A stretch of DNA of 64,000 bases, taken from the NCBI GenBank assembly GCA_964016885.1, contig OZ024740.1:79112001-79176000 (forward strand). The letters run 5' to 3'. Made by a program: the position numbers and the translations under genes. The stretch is from Eledone cirrhosa. Taxonomy: Eukaryota. Every line of letters starts with the position of its first letter. Position 1 is the first letter of the stretch. The notes beneath the pieces were generated by a model that worked only from the letters and a program-made list of their open reading frames with translations, was not told where the DNA came from and did not search any database. This document shows, one piece after another, positions 13,067 to 26,024 of the stretch.

Positions 13067-13275
13067 ATTAGGACGGTGGAGCGTCGGACACCATGCTTTG
13101 CAGCATAAAGTTACCGCCCTTTGCGTTCTGAGTTCAAATCCGGCCGAGGGTAGCTTTGCCTTTCACCCTTACGTGGTCGATAAAATAAATCACCAGTAGG
13201 CACTGGGTCGATTTAATCGACTTCCCCCTCCCCTCGAATTGTTGGTCTTGTGCCTAAATCAGAAATCCGTATCAT
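12862..13275 (+). mobile_element. Two SINE copies (12862-12958 truncated; about 13071-13275)
   Basis: Family core GCCTTTCA(T/C)CCTTACG..GTCGATAAAATAAA. Confidence 0.75.
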
Positions 13276-13279
13276 TATT

Positions 13280-13314
<35 letters not shown>

Positions 13315-15200
13315 CCTTTGAATTCTGCTTCTTTCCCATATCTTGCCAGGAGTCAACCTGACATCTGAGGAAAAATTTGGTAGTGCCCACATTTAACAAT
13401 CAATTGTCATATAAATAATTGTTTCTACTTTTGGCACAAGGCCAACAATTATCTCAGTGTATTACTGGTACTTTATTTTATCGACCCCGTAAGGATGAAA
13501 GGTAAAGTTAACCTCGGCGGGATTTGAACTCAGACCATAAAGGGCCGTAACTCTTTGCTTCAAAGCATGGCGTCCGACTCTCTACCGATACTGCCAATCC
13601 ACATATAAATAATTGTTTCTAATTTTGGTACAAGGCCAGCAATTACCCAGTGCATTGCTGGTACTTTATTTTATCGACCTCGTAAGGATGAAATGCAAAG
13701 TTAACCTTGGCGGGAAAGGGCATAAATCACAGTAAATGTCTTTGCAATGTATTTAAATTGATAATGTCCTCAGGACAGGGACAGTATCAGTCAGCGCTAT
13801 TTTCTGTATCTCTTGCAAAGATGGCTTTCTGGGTGTCTGGTCCGAATATTTTTCAGTTCCCTTTTTTATCATGCTAAGTGCACCGACTATCGCATAATTT
13901 TCTCAGTTTCAATTATCCGATCTTTATATTTACTGAGCTTTGGGACCTCTTTCGAGGAGATGTTACGATCTGATGGAATGCTCATGTCAATTAAGAGACA
14001 TGTTTTCTTTTTATGGTCCTTCACAATTATTTTAGGTCTATTGGCCTTGATTGTTCTATCAGTGTTCACAAGGAAACCCCATAGGATTGTCACATTCTTG
14101 CCTCTTATTACTGCATCTGGATGATGGTTGTACCATTTTCTCTGTGTTTTATGCCACAAAGCCTGCATATTACCCAGTGTAAATATTACTCCACTCTATC
14201 ATGCCTTGTTTTATATTCCTGAGCAGCTAATACTTTGCAGCCTGAAACCAGGTAGTCAATGGTCTCCACATGATCATTGTAGAATCGACACTTTCGGTCA
14301 ATTTCATTTCTGATCACATTGAATTGAAATGAAACTCTCACTCTTTGCTTTTAGCCCAGAACTCAGCAACTACTGATAGGTGAGGGTTTGATCTATATCA
14401 GGTTCTTTTCTATGGAGAACATACTGTTTATGCAGTGGTTTTTGTTCTCATTAGGTGCACAGTTTCCGTTGACCTTCATTTTCTGCCGAGATTTTGAAGT
14501 TCTTTGCCATGATTTTGATGTTCTTCCGCAAACTTCCTACCTTCTTTTGTGATTGAATGTAACCTCTTCTTTTCATGATCTGCAACCATTTTCGTCATCC
14601 ACTCATCTGTAGGTTTAAGGTATTGTTTGAGTCCAATGTTTGATATTTTACATGACAACTCAAGCTGGATCATTCCTCTGCCTGTTTTGTCAAGGAAGAT
14701 AGAAGCGATCTACATCTGATTTTGGGTAATGTAGTTTATTACAGATAAAAAGTTTCCTGATTTTGGTGACCATTCTCTTAATTTCGTTAACTTCCAATTT
14801 ATAATATTAAAATTATAGGTGACACAACTGAGATTGCAAGCGAATTTATGGCAGATATTTTATTATTTGAGTTGAACTCAGTTTTCAAGATAGCACATAC
14901 TCTCTGGTAGCATTCCTTCCTGGTTTTCTCTTTCATACTGATGTGGTGAATACCTTGGCCTTCATTGATCCCTAGATATATGTAAGTTTGGTCCTGCTCT
15001 AGTTCCCTAATAACTGTATTCACATCTATTTCTATTGAGTTTGTGCTTGTCATTCGGCATTTCTTGAATGTTGCTTCGCGCATTTTCCCAATCCAAACTC
15101 CATCCTTCATCTCTGAACACCTTAACTGTCTTCAACAGCCCTTGCAGTTTCAAGTCAATCCATAAGAAACAGATAATTAACGAGTTTGCCGTCTATTTTG
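13315..15200 (-). pseudogene. R4/Dong-like non-LTR retrotransposon remnant (RT C-terminus + REL endonuclease), interrupted by two SINEs
   Basis: Minus-strand peptides QTYIYLGINE..NKISAINSLAISV and ANRPKIIVKDHKKKTCLLIDMSIPSDRNISSKE (PD-(D/E)xK-type REL). Many stops and frameshifts. The 3' end abuts (AAC)n. Confidence 0.75.
13415..13714 (-). mobile_element. Two tandem SINE copies (13415-13602; 13607-13714)
   Basis: Reverse complement of the SINE consensus. Confidence 0.8.
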
Positions 15201-15244
15201 TAACCATATTTTGACAGAGGCATGGGTGCAATGCAAATTATTAT

Positions 15245-17160
15245 CGGTACCTGGCGGCGGTCCTCGAGGCAGCCGGTTTCGGGCCCGTTTTCAGGGGTTG
15301 GATCGCAGCAATGTACAGCGACATCTGCTCAGTTGTGAGGGTGAACGGTCACCTGTCGTAGCCGTTCAGCATCATGCGCTCAGTCTGCCAGGGTTGTCCC
15401 CTCTCGTCCCTCTTGTACGTATTGGCTCTCGAGCCGTTACTGCACAAACTGGGGGCGATGAGGGGCGTCCCACGCGAACTAGGATGCGGGAAATCCGAGT
15501 CGGCTTACGCTGACGACGTCACCGTGGTGGTGTCGAGCACCAGACACGTCCAGATGCTCGGCACCGCTCTCAAGGAATACGAAGCGGTGACAAGAGCAAA
15601 GATAAACCAGGAAAAGTCGGTGGGCTTGCAGCTCGGCACCTGGAGAGGCAAGTCCATGCCGTCCGACAGCGTCGTGGGGCGTAGGACGGACGGACCGGTT
15701 AAATTGCTTGGGGTCTGGTTCGGACCGGACCTCCAGATGGAGAAAAACTGGAACGAGGTGACGAGCAGGGTGGCCTCCCTCACCCAGAAATGGGCTGAGA
15801 GGAAGCTGTCCCTGAAAGGCCGGGCGGAGGTGGCGAATGCGTACATCGCATCCGTCATCTGCTACCGCCTCACCGTCGTCCCTTGCTCCAGCCCAACTCT
15901 CACCAAAATAGAGCGCCTTCTCTTCCGCTTTTTATGGAAGGGACGCGCTCCCATGGTCAGACGATCCATCTGCTGTCAATACCCGTTGCGTGGAGGACTG
16001 GGCATGCCATGGCTGATGATGCGCAAACATGCGCTGAGGCTGCGACATCTTTGGTGCTTCCTTGATGGTGAACGGGTGTGATCGCCGTTCGCCAGGCACG
16101 TTTTCCCACAGCTCGTTTCCTTGACGGAGCTGCAGTCCTGGGTCAGAAAAAGACCGAGGGATAGCGCTTGGAAACTGGAATGTCTCCAGGCGCTCAATGC
16201 CCTCTCCAAGATGGGCACCAGTATCGGTGGAACATCTACCTTGGCGTTCTATAGAGGACTAGTGGAGGGGAAGAGCGACGACATTCTCGGAGAAATCCTG
16301 GGCGTCGAAGAAGATCAGCTGTTTGCTCTCTTCCGGAGAACTTTCAGCCCGGGGCCTATGGATAACTTCCAAAAATCCCTGGCCTGGCAGTGCTACCGGG
16401 GAGCGCTGCCGGTTCGAGATAAGCTCTACAGGCACAGAAGTGCCGTCAGCCGAGCCTGTCCGAGATGCGCGCAGAGCGACGAAACCGTTGTGCACGCACT
16501 CGTTCAGTGCCCGAGCATTGCTGACTTGTGGAGCTATGTCGAACAGTTGCTGTCGCGTGTGGGACTGATCCGGTTGTCGACTGAGTCCATTGTGCAGATG
16601 GTCTCGCCGTCTTCCTTCGAGGAGGAAGGGCAGACGGTTTTCATCTGCCTGGTGGCCATGGCGAAAGAGATTGTGTGGTGGACAAGGTTAAAAGGGTTAA
16701 AGACAGACAATTTCCTCTTCGGCGAATCCCTAATTAACTTTTTCAAGTTTCACTTGAAGAGAAAAATCAGGGTGGAGAGGCAAGTGCTGCTTTCTAGCAA
16801 GTTTGTTGAAAGGTGGGTGAATGTAGCGAGAATGGTCCGAGTGAATATACGTCTGTAGTTTGAGAGATGGAAAAATTGAGAGAGGCCGCTTGCTCTGGTG
16901 GTCAGGGTGGCCGTGGTCTTTTGTGTGGTTTTCGGCACGAGTAACCCTCGGAGGTTTCCCCCCTATTGGGGAATTTTTCATTGTTTCAATTTTCATTTTT
17001 ATTGTTTATATATATATATGTTTCTATGTCCTTTTTTTTCTTTTCATATATAAATAATAAAAATATTTACACGCACAAAACCCACATCGTACCGTCCTGT
17101 ACCGTCCTGTGCCGTCTGTAATGTTTTTCTTGATGTCAGCCCTTGTGGCCAATAAAGAAA

Positions 17161-17200
<40 letters not shown>

Positions 17201-17215
17201 GATTATTATTATTAT
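15245..17215 (+). mobile_element. 5'-truncated L1-Tx1 element
   Basis: RT motifs QGCPLS and YADD (15374-16081), in-frame TGA at 16079, CxxC..HxxxxC zinc finger (16121-16858), and a 3' end CCTTGTGGCCAATAAAGAAATC(ATT)n. Confidence 0.9.
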
Positions 17216-17609
17216 TTGAAAAGGAAAATCAGGGTAGAGAGGGAAGTGCTCTCTTCCCAGCATTTTATTGAAAGATGGGTGATAGAAGCAAGTATGGCCC
17301 GAGTGAATGGGCCTACTCTGAGTATGTGTCTGTAAATTAAAGGTGGAAAACTGGGAGAGGGCATTTGCCCTGGTGGTCAGGGTCACTGTGGTCTTTTAAT
17401 GGGCTTTCTCCACAAATGTCCCTCGAAAGTCTCCTCCCTATTGGGGAATTTTTCATTGTTATTATTTATTACATCCTCTGTTTTTTTTTACACGCAGAAA
17501 TGCCCATTTGTACCGTCCTGTATTGTCATGTACTGTCCTTAATGTCTACTTTATGTAAACCCTTGTGGTTAATAAAGAAAACATTATTATTATTATTATT
17601 ATTATTATT
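17216..17609 (+). mobile_element. Heavily 5'-truncated L1-Tx1 3' end
   Basis: Homologous to the ORF2 end and 3'UTR of its neighbours. Ends CCTTGTGGTTAATAAAGAAAAC(ATT)n. Confidence 0.85.
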
Positions 17610-17815
17610 GGTCTAAGCGGACGTATTTTGCTCGCTCACAGTAAGACGCTTTACTTGCCAGTTAAAATTATTTGTTGTTAAATATTTCTTGTTGTGTAAG
17701 GGATATAAGCCCTTAGACTTTGCCCCGTGAAGGGGAAAGTATAATATTTGGGCCTTTTGGCCCAAATATTTGAACTTTTTTTTACATGTTAAAAAATTTA
17801 CGAAGAAAAAAAAAC

Positions 17816-19075
17816 ATGGCTGAGCCACGCCCCCCAGCGATATGTCGGCTGCCGTGCGACAACGACGTAGAAGTTGAGAGGAGCGCTACAGCGAAATTAA
17901 CACAAATTGATAACACAAAGACACCAATGATACCAATAAGAACTCTAATTTTGAAAAAAATGACAGCAATAGCGACAACGAAAATACAGATAACAAAAAA
18001 AAAAAATAACAAATACAACAACAATATCAACACCACTAACATGAAAACAAATAGCGACAACACCAACAGCAACAATACCAACTGCACCGAGAACAACGGT
18101 GGCAACAAAGACAACAATGATAACAGCGACAGTGTTAACAACAACACCAACAAGAACAACGTCAACAACACCCCCAACGAAAACAAGACCACTTTCGCTG
18201 CGGCAGCAGCAAAAAAGAGGCCATGCTTCAACATGGACCTCTCAAACAAAGATGAAAAGTTGGCCCAGGCATGGGAGCTCATCAAGCAAGAGCAAACTTG
18301 GGCCAACTTAACTGTCCCGGTAGAAGCTATTGAGGCAGTGGAGCGCAAAACGGTACATTATAGATGCATCTCAGCACAAACCAGAAGGGCAGCATTAATC
18401 CCACAAGAAGATGTCGAAGTTGCGTTGAGGTGCATCAGAGATGACACCCAGTACATAGAGAGGGGCAGACAGTACGGCACCATTTCGGTGTTGTTCAAGT
18501 CAGAAGCCCTCGCGATGAAACACGCCATGACTCCTTGCAAAACCAGCAAGGTCATAATGTACCCCTTCCACATGGGAAAAAGAGCGGCCCGTCTCCGCAT
18601 TCCCAGAATCCCACCAGGACTTGACATGTGGTGGCTTCTGGGATGTGTGATTGTGGAGGGGACGGATACAGTCCCTATAGAAGTGACCAGAACGACCAGA
18701 GAGGACTGGTCCGGGGTTGACCTGGAGATCCTTCTCCAGATCAGGCCCGAGAATGTGAAGACAATCCCAGACCACATCCGACTTCAAAATGGGACTGTCA
18801 TTCACATTATGACCGAAGGCAAAAGGCCGCAGTGTTTTGTTTGTGGGGAAAAATCCCATTTGCGAGCCTTCTGCCCTCAACTGCTGAAAGAGGCAAGGGG
18901 TCGAAAGGCTCCACTGCTGCCGACGCCGGGGCGAGGACCACAACCAACACCTGCACCGGTAAAACCACCAACAACAACACCAATAGAAAGACCACCACCA
19001 ACATTGACCACCCAGGGGGGAAACGAGGACAGCTGTCAAATTCCCCCCTCCCCCCCAAAATACACACACCAATAA
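17816..19075 (+). CDS. Tx1 ORF1 (gag-like) protein; probably continued originally to about 19765
   Basis: CCHC knuckle CFVCGEKSHLRAFC, Asn/Thr-rich N-terminus and Pro/Thr-rich C-terminus. The downstream sequence has the same composition but is disrupted. Confidence 0.75.
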   Translation: MAEPRPPAICRLPCDNDVEVERSATAKLTQIDNTKTPMIPIRTLILKKMTAIATTKIQITKKKNNKYNNNINTTNMKTNSDNTNSNNTNCTENNGGNKDNNDNSDSVNNNTNKNNVNNTPNENKTTFAAAAAKKRPCFNMDLSNKDEKLAQAWELIKQEQTWANLTVPVEAIEAVERKTVHYRCISAQTRRAALIPQEDVEVALRCIRDDTQYIERGRQYGTISVLFKSEALAMKHAMTPCKTSKVIMYPFHMGKRAARLRIPRIPPGLDMWWLLGCVIVEGTDTVPIEVTRTTREDWSGVDLEILLQIRPENVKTIPDHIRLQNGTVIHIMTEGKRPQCFVCGEKSHLRAFCPQLLKEARGRKAPLLPTPGRGPQPTPAPVKPPTTTPIERPPPTLTTQGGNEDSCQIPPSPPKYTHQ

Positions 19076-19796
19076 AATCTTAAACATACATACAGACACA
19101 CTTACAGACACAGACCCCTCATCTACCAGTAGTGAAGATGAGGGAAATCCAAAATCCCCCAAAATACAAAAAAGGAAACACAAAAAGAAAGAAAAACTCA
19201 ACAAAGCTCAAAATCACCCACAAAAAAAAACGCAGACCACCCACGCAAACATCTCTCCAATAACACCAACATCAACACCACCATCACCATCACCAGAATC
19301 CCCCAAACGCAAACAACCGAAACAGACGCAAGAACAAATATACACACAAACATCTGAAACCATAGACACCGCACTCACAACAAACACAGATACAACCGAA
19401 ACAACACCACCAAAACCATCACCACCACAGCCCACGCAAACAAATAAAATCACACCAACAAAACATACAAAACTTCGTGCTCGTCAGGAGGGCCAACAAG
19501 GAACTGATGGCCCTCGTAGCACGAAGTGAAAATATACAAAAAGGGGGAAATTTTTAAATCGAGCACATTTCGCGTGCCGAAAGATTTGGTTCTGGTGCGA
19601 ATGTCGCTCGACATATTCAAAGAAATACGAGACAGCTTTCCTCGGGACGTGGGAACCCCGAACGTAAAACCCACTTCAAGACTTTTAAAGGGGTTCCCAA
19701 AAGAAACCACACTGACTATGGAGGTCGAACAACCCGACCTTCACAAGAGTCCGGAAGGTAAGTAAACCTTCCTCTCTCTCTGTTTAACCTGCCAAC

Positions 19797-22700
19797 ATGG
19801 CCGTATTAAGAGTAGGATGTTTAAATGTTCGAGGCCTGAGATCGTCCTGGAAGCAGGGTCACCTGCTCAACGACCTCAGGTCTATAGAAATGGATGTAAT
19901 TGCAGTCAGCGAGACCAGGATTTCCGACACGCGCGCACTAGCCCCCATTTTCGACGACTATCAGATCTTTGCATCTGTTAGCCGGCCGGGAATGGGAGGC
20001 GGGGTGGCAGTGCTGTTTAGGAAAGGCCTGGATCTCGAGGTAAGGTCGATCTTCCGGGACCCGGACGGGAAGTTGGTGGTCCTGGACGTGAACAATAATG
20101 AAGGTGGTGCCTTTAGACTGGTGGCCGTCTATGCTCCTACTGGGGCAGGACGGCCGGACTTCTTTAGACGCCTGGAAGCCTTTCTGGGTACGTCTCGCCC
20201 TTTACTGTTAGCGGGGGGCTGGAACGGCATCTTAGACGCACACTGGGACTGTGTGGGTGTATCCGATAGGAGCGGGGGGTGCAAAAGCCCCAAGAACCTG
20301 ATCAGCCAGTTCCAACTGTCTGACAGGTACCGACTAGATTTCCCTAATGCGCCAGTGTGGACCTGGGCAAACCGCATAGGGTCATCTAGATCGTATATAG
20401 ACAGGATATTCATTAGGAAAATAGACAGAAATAGTGTAAGCTGTCCATGTTTTGAAACGGTCGGCTATTCAGATCACAAGTTTGTGATCTGTATGGTCGA
20501 CCTAGATAAGACGCGTAGGTTAGGACCTGGTTACTGGAAGCTAAACATGTCATTTCCGTCACGTAAGGCTTACAGGGACCAGGTCAACAATTTAGTTAAG
20601 AAAAAGTTGACAGGGGGAGTCGTCGACAATAGATGGTGGGGGGCTCTCAAAAGAGAGATTAGAGTAATGTCGATAGAGTTTAACATTGAAGTAGCATTAG
20701 AGAAAAATAGAAAGGAGGGGGAGTTGATAGATAAGTTAGAGGAGGCTATTGGTAGTGGCATTGCAACTGATGTGCTAGCGGCGAGAATGACATTAGACCA
20801 TTTCTTCAATGCGAAACACGAAGGTTGCATTGTCAGAGCTAAGGCGCGTGCTCTGAGAAACGAGGGAACCAAAGCTGTTCAATGGGCCCGCGTGGCAGAG
20901 GCGCAGCATGGTAATAAAACCACGATTCGGTCTTTGACGGACCGAGACGGGCTCGAGCTGAGCGATTCCAAGAGGATGTGTGAGGCCTTTCGCCAACATT
21001 TTGCTCGGTTGTTCGGGGGAAGTGGCGGGTCAGAGATGGTGGCGGACTTCAGTCTCTACTTCGATGGCTTGCTGCAACTCTCGACGGCTGACGCTGGGCG
21101 CTGCGAAAGGCCAATTACTTCAGCCGAGATTCAGGATGCCCTTGTAGGCTGCATGAGGCGCAAGTCACCCGGTTTGGATGGTCTGCCCTACGAGCTTTAC
21201 GTAAATATGCCAGACTTGTTCTCCAATCTCCTCGAAGCGCTCTACTGCAACTGGCAGCAAAACGGGAGTATTCCCAGTTCTGTGAGCCGGGGCGTAGTGA
21301 CGTTGATAAGGAAAGACGAGAACAAGAGGGACACATTAGACAATTTCAGGCCCATAACTCTGCTCAACACAGAGTTTAAGATTTTGTCCAGGGTGTTAGC
21401 GAAGAGGTTGGCGCTTGTCGTCGGGATTTGGTTGGGGAGGTGCAAACTTGCGCAATCCCAACCAGGTCCATACACGACAACCTCCACCTAATGCGATACA
21501 TCATAGAGAGGGTATGGTGTAAACCTGGCTTCGGTGGGGCTCTGATCAATTTAGATCAATCGAAAGCATTCGATAGGGTCGACCATCGGTACCTGGAGGC
21601 TGTCCTCAAGGCAGCTGGCTTCGGCCCCGTCTTCAGAAGCTGGATCGCTGCAATGCACAGCGGCACCTGCTCGATGGTCAAAATTAATGGCCACCTCTCG
21701 GAACCGTTTCAGGTCTTCCGATCGGTCCGTCAAGGGTGCCCTCTCTCCTCCCTTCTATACGTATTGACTCTCGAGCCTTTACTGCGGAAGCTGGAGCTGT
21801 TGCAGGGCATCCCGCTCGAACCTGGACGCGGAAAGGCTGTGTCGGCTTATGCGGACGACATCACCGTGATGGTGTCGGACACCTCAGAAATCGAGGTGGT
21901 CGGCAACTTATTGGAGGAATATGAAAGGTTGACGGGAGCAAAACTTAACCCGGAAAAGTCAGTGGGCTTGCAACTCGGCACCTGTAGAGGCAAGTCCATG
22001 CCGTCCAACAGCGTCGTTAGGCGCTGGACGGACGGACCGGTAAAGTTGCTAGGGGTTTGGTGCGGGCCAGACCTCCAGGTGGATAAGAATTGGGACGAGG
22101 TGTCGGGCAGGGTAGTCTGTCTCACCCAGAAATGGGCTGGGATGAAACTATCACTGAAAGGTGGGGCGGAGGTGGCGAACACGTACATCGCGTCCGTCAT
22201 CTACTACCGTCTGACTGTCGTCCCTTGCCCCCGTTCGCTCCTCGCCATCTTGGAGCGGCTCCTCTTCAAATTCTTGTGGAGGGGTCAGGTTCCGCTGGTG
22301 AGGCGGTCCATCTGCTGCCAGCACCCTCTACGTGGAGGGCTGGGCATGCCGTGGCTAATGATGCGCAGGCACGCGCTGAGGCTGCAGCATCTCCAGATAT
22401 TCTGCCTAAACGGTGAACAGGTGTGGTCGCCGTTTGTCAGACGGGCCTTTCCGCAGCTCGTTTCTTTGTCTGAGTTGCAGTCCTGGGTCAAGAAGAGACC
22501 GAGACTGGGTGACTGGCATCTGGAATGTTGCCAGGCACTCACTGCCCTCTACCAGGCGGGCAATGCGGTCAATGGAACTTCCACTCTCGAGTTCTATAGA
22601 GGATTAGTGGTGGGCAAGTGCGACGACGCACTCGGAGAGGCTCTGGGAGTCAACGAAGTCGAACTAACCAGTCTGTACCGGAGGACTTTCGAGCCGGGGA

Positions 22701-23219
22701 CGATGGATAATTTCCAAAAATCCCTCGCTTGGCAGTGCTACCGGGGGGCACTACCGGCTCGAGATAAATTCTACAGGCACGGAAGTGCTGTCAGACGGAC
22801 CTGCCCGAGATGCGCACAGAGCGACGAAACCGTTCTGCACGCACTCGTCCAGTGTCCGTACATTACTGACTTGTGGAGTTATTTTGAACAGCTGTTGTCG
22901 CGTGTAGAACGGATCCGGCTATCGGCCGAGTCCATAGTGAAGATCGACCCGCCGCCTTCTTTTGGCCAGGAAGGGCAGGCAATTTTCCTCTGTCTGGTGG
23001 CAGTAGCGAAAGAGGTTATATGGTGGACGAGGTTGAAAGGACTGAAGACACACTTTTCTCTTCGGCCAATCCCTCATCAACTTTTTCAAGTTTCACTTGG
23101 AAAGGAAGGTGAGGATGGAGAGAGAAGTGCTGCCCCCCCCCAGTACATTTGCTGAAAGGTGGGTGAATGTGGCGAGAATGGCCCGTGTGAGTGGGCCTAC
23201 TCTGGTCATGCGGCTGTAG
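19797..23219 (+). pseudogene. Tx1 ORF2: AP endonuclease + reverse transcriptase + zinc finger, frameshifted at about 21428 and 23050
   Basis: LNVRGL, SETR, VYAP, GGWN (GDxN with D>G), YIDR, SDH; KSPGLDG, FRPITLLN, DQSKAFDRV, RQGCPLS, YADD; CPRC..HALVQC. Confidence 0.92.
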
Positions 23220-24094
23220 GTAGGTAAATTTGAAGAGGGTGCCCTTCCAGGGTTCTCTCGAAGCGTCGGGTCGTTCAGGACTGGTGGGGTACCTGAGCGA
23301 ACCCTAGGTGGTCATCCCCCCTATTGGGGAATGTTTTCTTGTAATTTTCTTGTTACTTTATTGTTACTTTGTTATTGTTACTTTGTTTATTCATATTGTT
23401 TACTCGATTTTTCTGTAAAACCCCACTGTCCCAGTCTTTTGTATTGTCCCCTATATGTCGGCCCTTGTGGCCAATAAATGAAATCATTATTATTATTATT
23501 AACATAATCGTAATTTACACCTTCGAAAATAAATTTCTGCAAAATTTCACTAAAAAATATGCATCATTAAGAAAGATATGAGAAAACAAACCACGCGGAG
23601 TGTGTGTGTGTTAACTAGTTTTACCAAAATCATTATTGGTGAATAATTATCTACTTCACACTTTAGAAGAATTACAAGCACAGATTTCTTGGAAATTAAT
23701 AAGGCCTCGTCAATAATAATACATTTAAAAAAAAATTCCTTATCGATAATTATATTGATGATTTAATTTCCTATCGATTCGACAATATGCTCTGCAACAA
23801 GAGATGTGGAATCTACAAATACAAGCAGTCTAAATGTTGAAACTAAAATAATAGGATGAAGGAATATATGTATATAGCTAAATGGTTATTCTCGTATGCC
23901 ATGATACATGAGAGAAAATTGTACAATATTTATCAGCCACTAACTAAAAAGGACTTCAAAGTCGATATTTTGTCTAATTGACTTTGATGCTTTTCTTTAT
24001 ATGAAAAGCTATGACCAAGCTGTTTGTTTAAGTCTTTTTTCTTGACTGCCTTATTGATTCTTCTTACCCTCTTTAAGATAGTAGGATGTGATTT

Positions 24095-24760
24095 CAGGGT
24101 GACTTAGATGTTATTTCTAGGAGATCGAATGACCACAAAGTAGTTCTCTTGTTGGTCTAACTATTACGGTTATTGGTGTGAATGTATTGAGCATGCTGTT
24201 GCAGTTGTTGCACAGCACCATGTCAGCTCTAATCGTACATATCTATTATCAGAGACATTCAAACCATAGACCCGTTTTGGAATGGGAGAGTGTAGAATAA
24301 GGAAACTTTGACTGCTATTTTTAGCAGATCGATCTACCACGTGGAAGCTCCTTTGTTGATTAGCTATTACTGCTTTTGGTTATGTTGTTGTGTAACCCAA
24401 GTGATCCTTGGTTTTGTAGATCTCTAAGGCGCTGAGCTGGCCAGCCGCAGTTGTGAGCCCCGCGAGTTGGAGTGGCTTTTCTAGCGCGTCTCCCTTGCTG
24501 TCCTCCGGGGAAAAGCCTTCTCCATTCTGACCGCCGGATCTGTGTGTGTGTGCGGGGGGCATCGCGTATTATTCCATATTTAATTATGGTCGGTATGTGT
24601 ATGTTTATATATATATATACTACTTTTATTTTCATTCAGCATCATGTCATTCTTAGAGACATTCACGTCATAACAGGCTCGTTTCAAAGATGGGGATTGA
24701 AGAAGATTTGGCTGCTATTTGTAGCAAATCGAACGAGTAATTAGAGGCCTTTCTCACTAA
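24095..24760 (+). repeat. Three diverged copies of an unclassified interspersed repeat
   Basis: Motif like GATTTGGCTGCTATTTCTAGCAGGTCGA..GACCAC at about 24100, 24305 and 24705. Further copies at about 44630 (+) and about 44760, 53140, 53340, 54345 and 54515 (-). Confidence 0.55.
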
Positions 24761-25249
24761 CCTGGCACAGTTATATCTTAGGGATTTTGTTAGGTAGTGT
24801 GGGTTCAACAGAAGTGAAACGTCTGCATAAATCAGAGCTAAATTTATTTGTGTATTTAAATGCCAACGGATTTAAGTGCGGGCGGGTTAAAATGTAAATA
24901 ATTTACTGCTGAAAGAATTAGTTTGGTGTTGGATTGCAGTTAAAACATGGGAAAACTACACAGCAAAGATTTCTATCTCCTTTTGACATTTCAAAATTGT
25001 TGTTTGATAACATAACCAATGTTGTAATTGGTTAATGTAATATTCATAAACTTAAATAAACCAAACATATTAAGTACTCGTGTAGGCATGTCTATGTTGT
25101 TAGTACCACATTAGTGCTACATATATAGACATGTCTGTGCCTGATTAGTGCTCTATACACTGGCATGTCTGCGTGTTTAGTGCCGGATTAGGTTAGTGCT
25201 GGACTGATTTTGGCTTGGTTTCTATAGCTGGGTGCCCTTCCTAATGCTA

Positions 25250-25415
25250 AACACATTTACAGTGAGTACTGGATGTTTTTTGTCGTGACATATGTACGAC
25301 CACCTTACAGCGTGTCTGGGTGCTTTTTATAGTGACACCTACACGACCACTTTACAGTGTGGGCTAGGTACTTCTTGTCGTGACACCTACACGACCACCT
25401 TACAGTGTGGGCTGT
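25250..25415 (+). repeat. Short tandem repeat of about 45-49 bp (three to four units)
   Basis: GTGACACCTACACGACCAC(C/T)TTACAGTGTG repeated. Confidence 0.65.
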
Positions 25416-26024
25416 GGGCTTTAGTTGAAATGGTGTGGGGGATTAGGGAGGTGGGGATAGGGCATGTGTGAAGGGTTGAGTGTTAGGACGTGAGGGGTGC
25501 ATGGAAGGGGGGATGAGGGCGAAGATGGTGCATACCAGATGTATACGTCACCCTGTGTTCGTGGGAGGTATATGAGAGGGGGTGGAGGTGAATACTATAT
25601 GTATGCTTCAGCCTGTGCTCATGGGAAGGCGGCTCTTCTGTATTTCTGCGTATATATATATATACGCAGTATATATATATATACGCAGTATATATATAAC
25701 TGAGATTGTACATTGAATCATATACGAAATATTCATGTAAATCAGGGGTTCCCAACCTTTTTGTCGTTATCGCCCACTTTTCCACACAAAAATTCCCACC
25801 GCCCACCTGTGCAGTAATTTTAAGAACGCAAAAATAAAGCATTATTCAGAACGGTTGCTTAAAAAATGAAATATTTATTGAGATGAAATATTGCAAAATG
25901 GGGATTTGGAGTTGAAACGTTATTCAGAAGAATTAAGTTTTTGATTGCTAAATGTTTCTTAATGAAACAAAATTGAAAAATGATATATGTATTAAATGTT
26001 CAACAAACTCACCATATTTAGTTT

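Larger units (their letters stand above)
17610..23501 (+). mobile_element. Near full-length L1-Tx1 non-LTR retrotransposon (inactivated)
   Basis: 5'UTR, ORF1 with zinc knuckle, ORF2 APE-RT-zf, 3'UTR with AATAAA and (ATT)n tail. Confidence 0.92.

Noticed and set aside
17782-22542. Minus-strand and alternate-frame ORFs over the Tx1 element (likewise 37721-38278 over the PLE)
   Set aside because: Shadows of the TE coding strand; hydrophobic runs come from antisense (AAC)n.
24360-24562. GC-rich minus-strand ORF (MPPAHTHRSGGQ...)
   Set aside because: Short, no recognisable domain, and lies among repeats. It may be a TE 5' fragment but cannot be supported as a gene.
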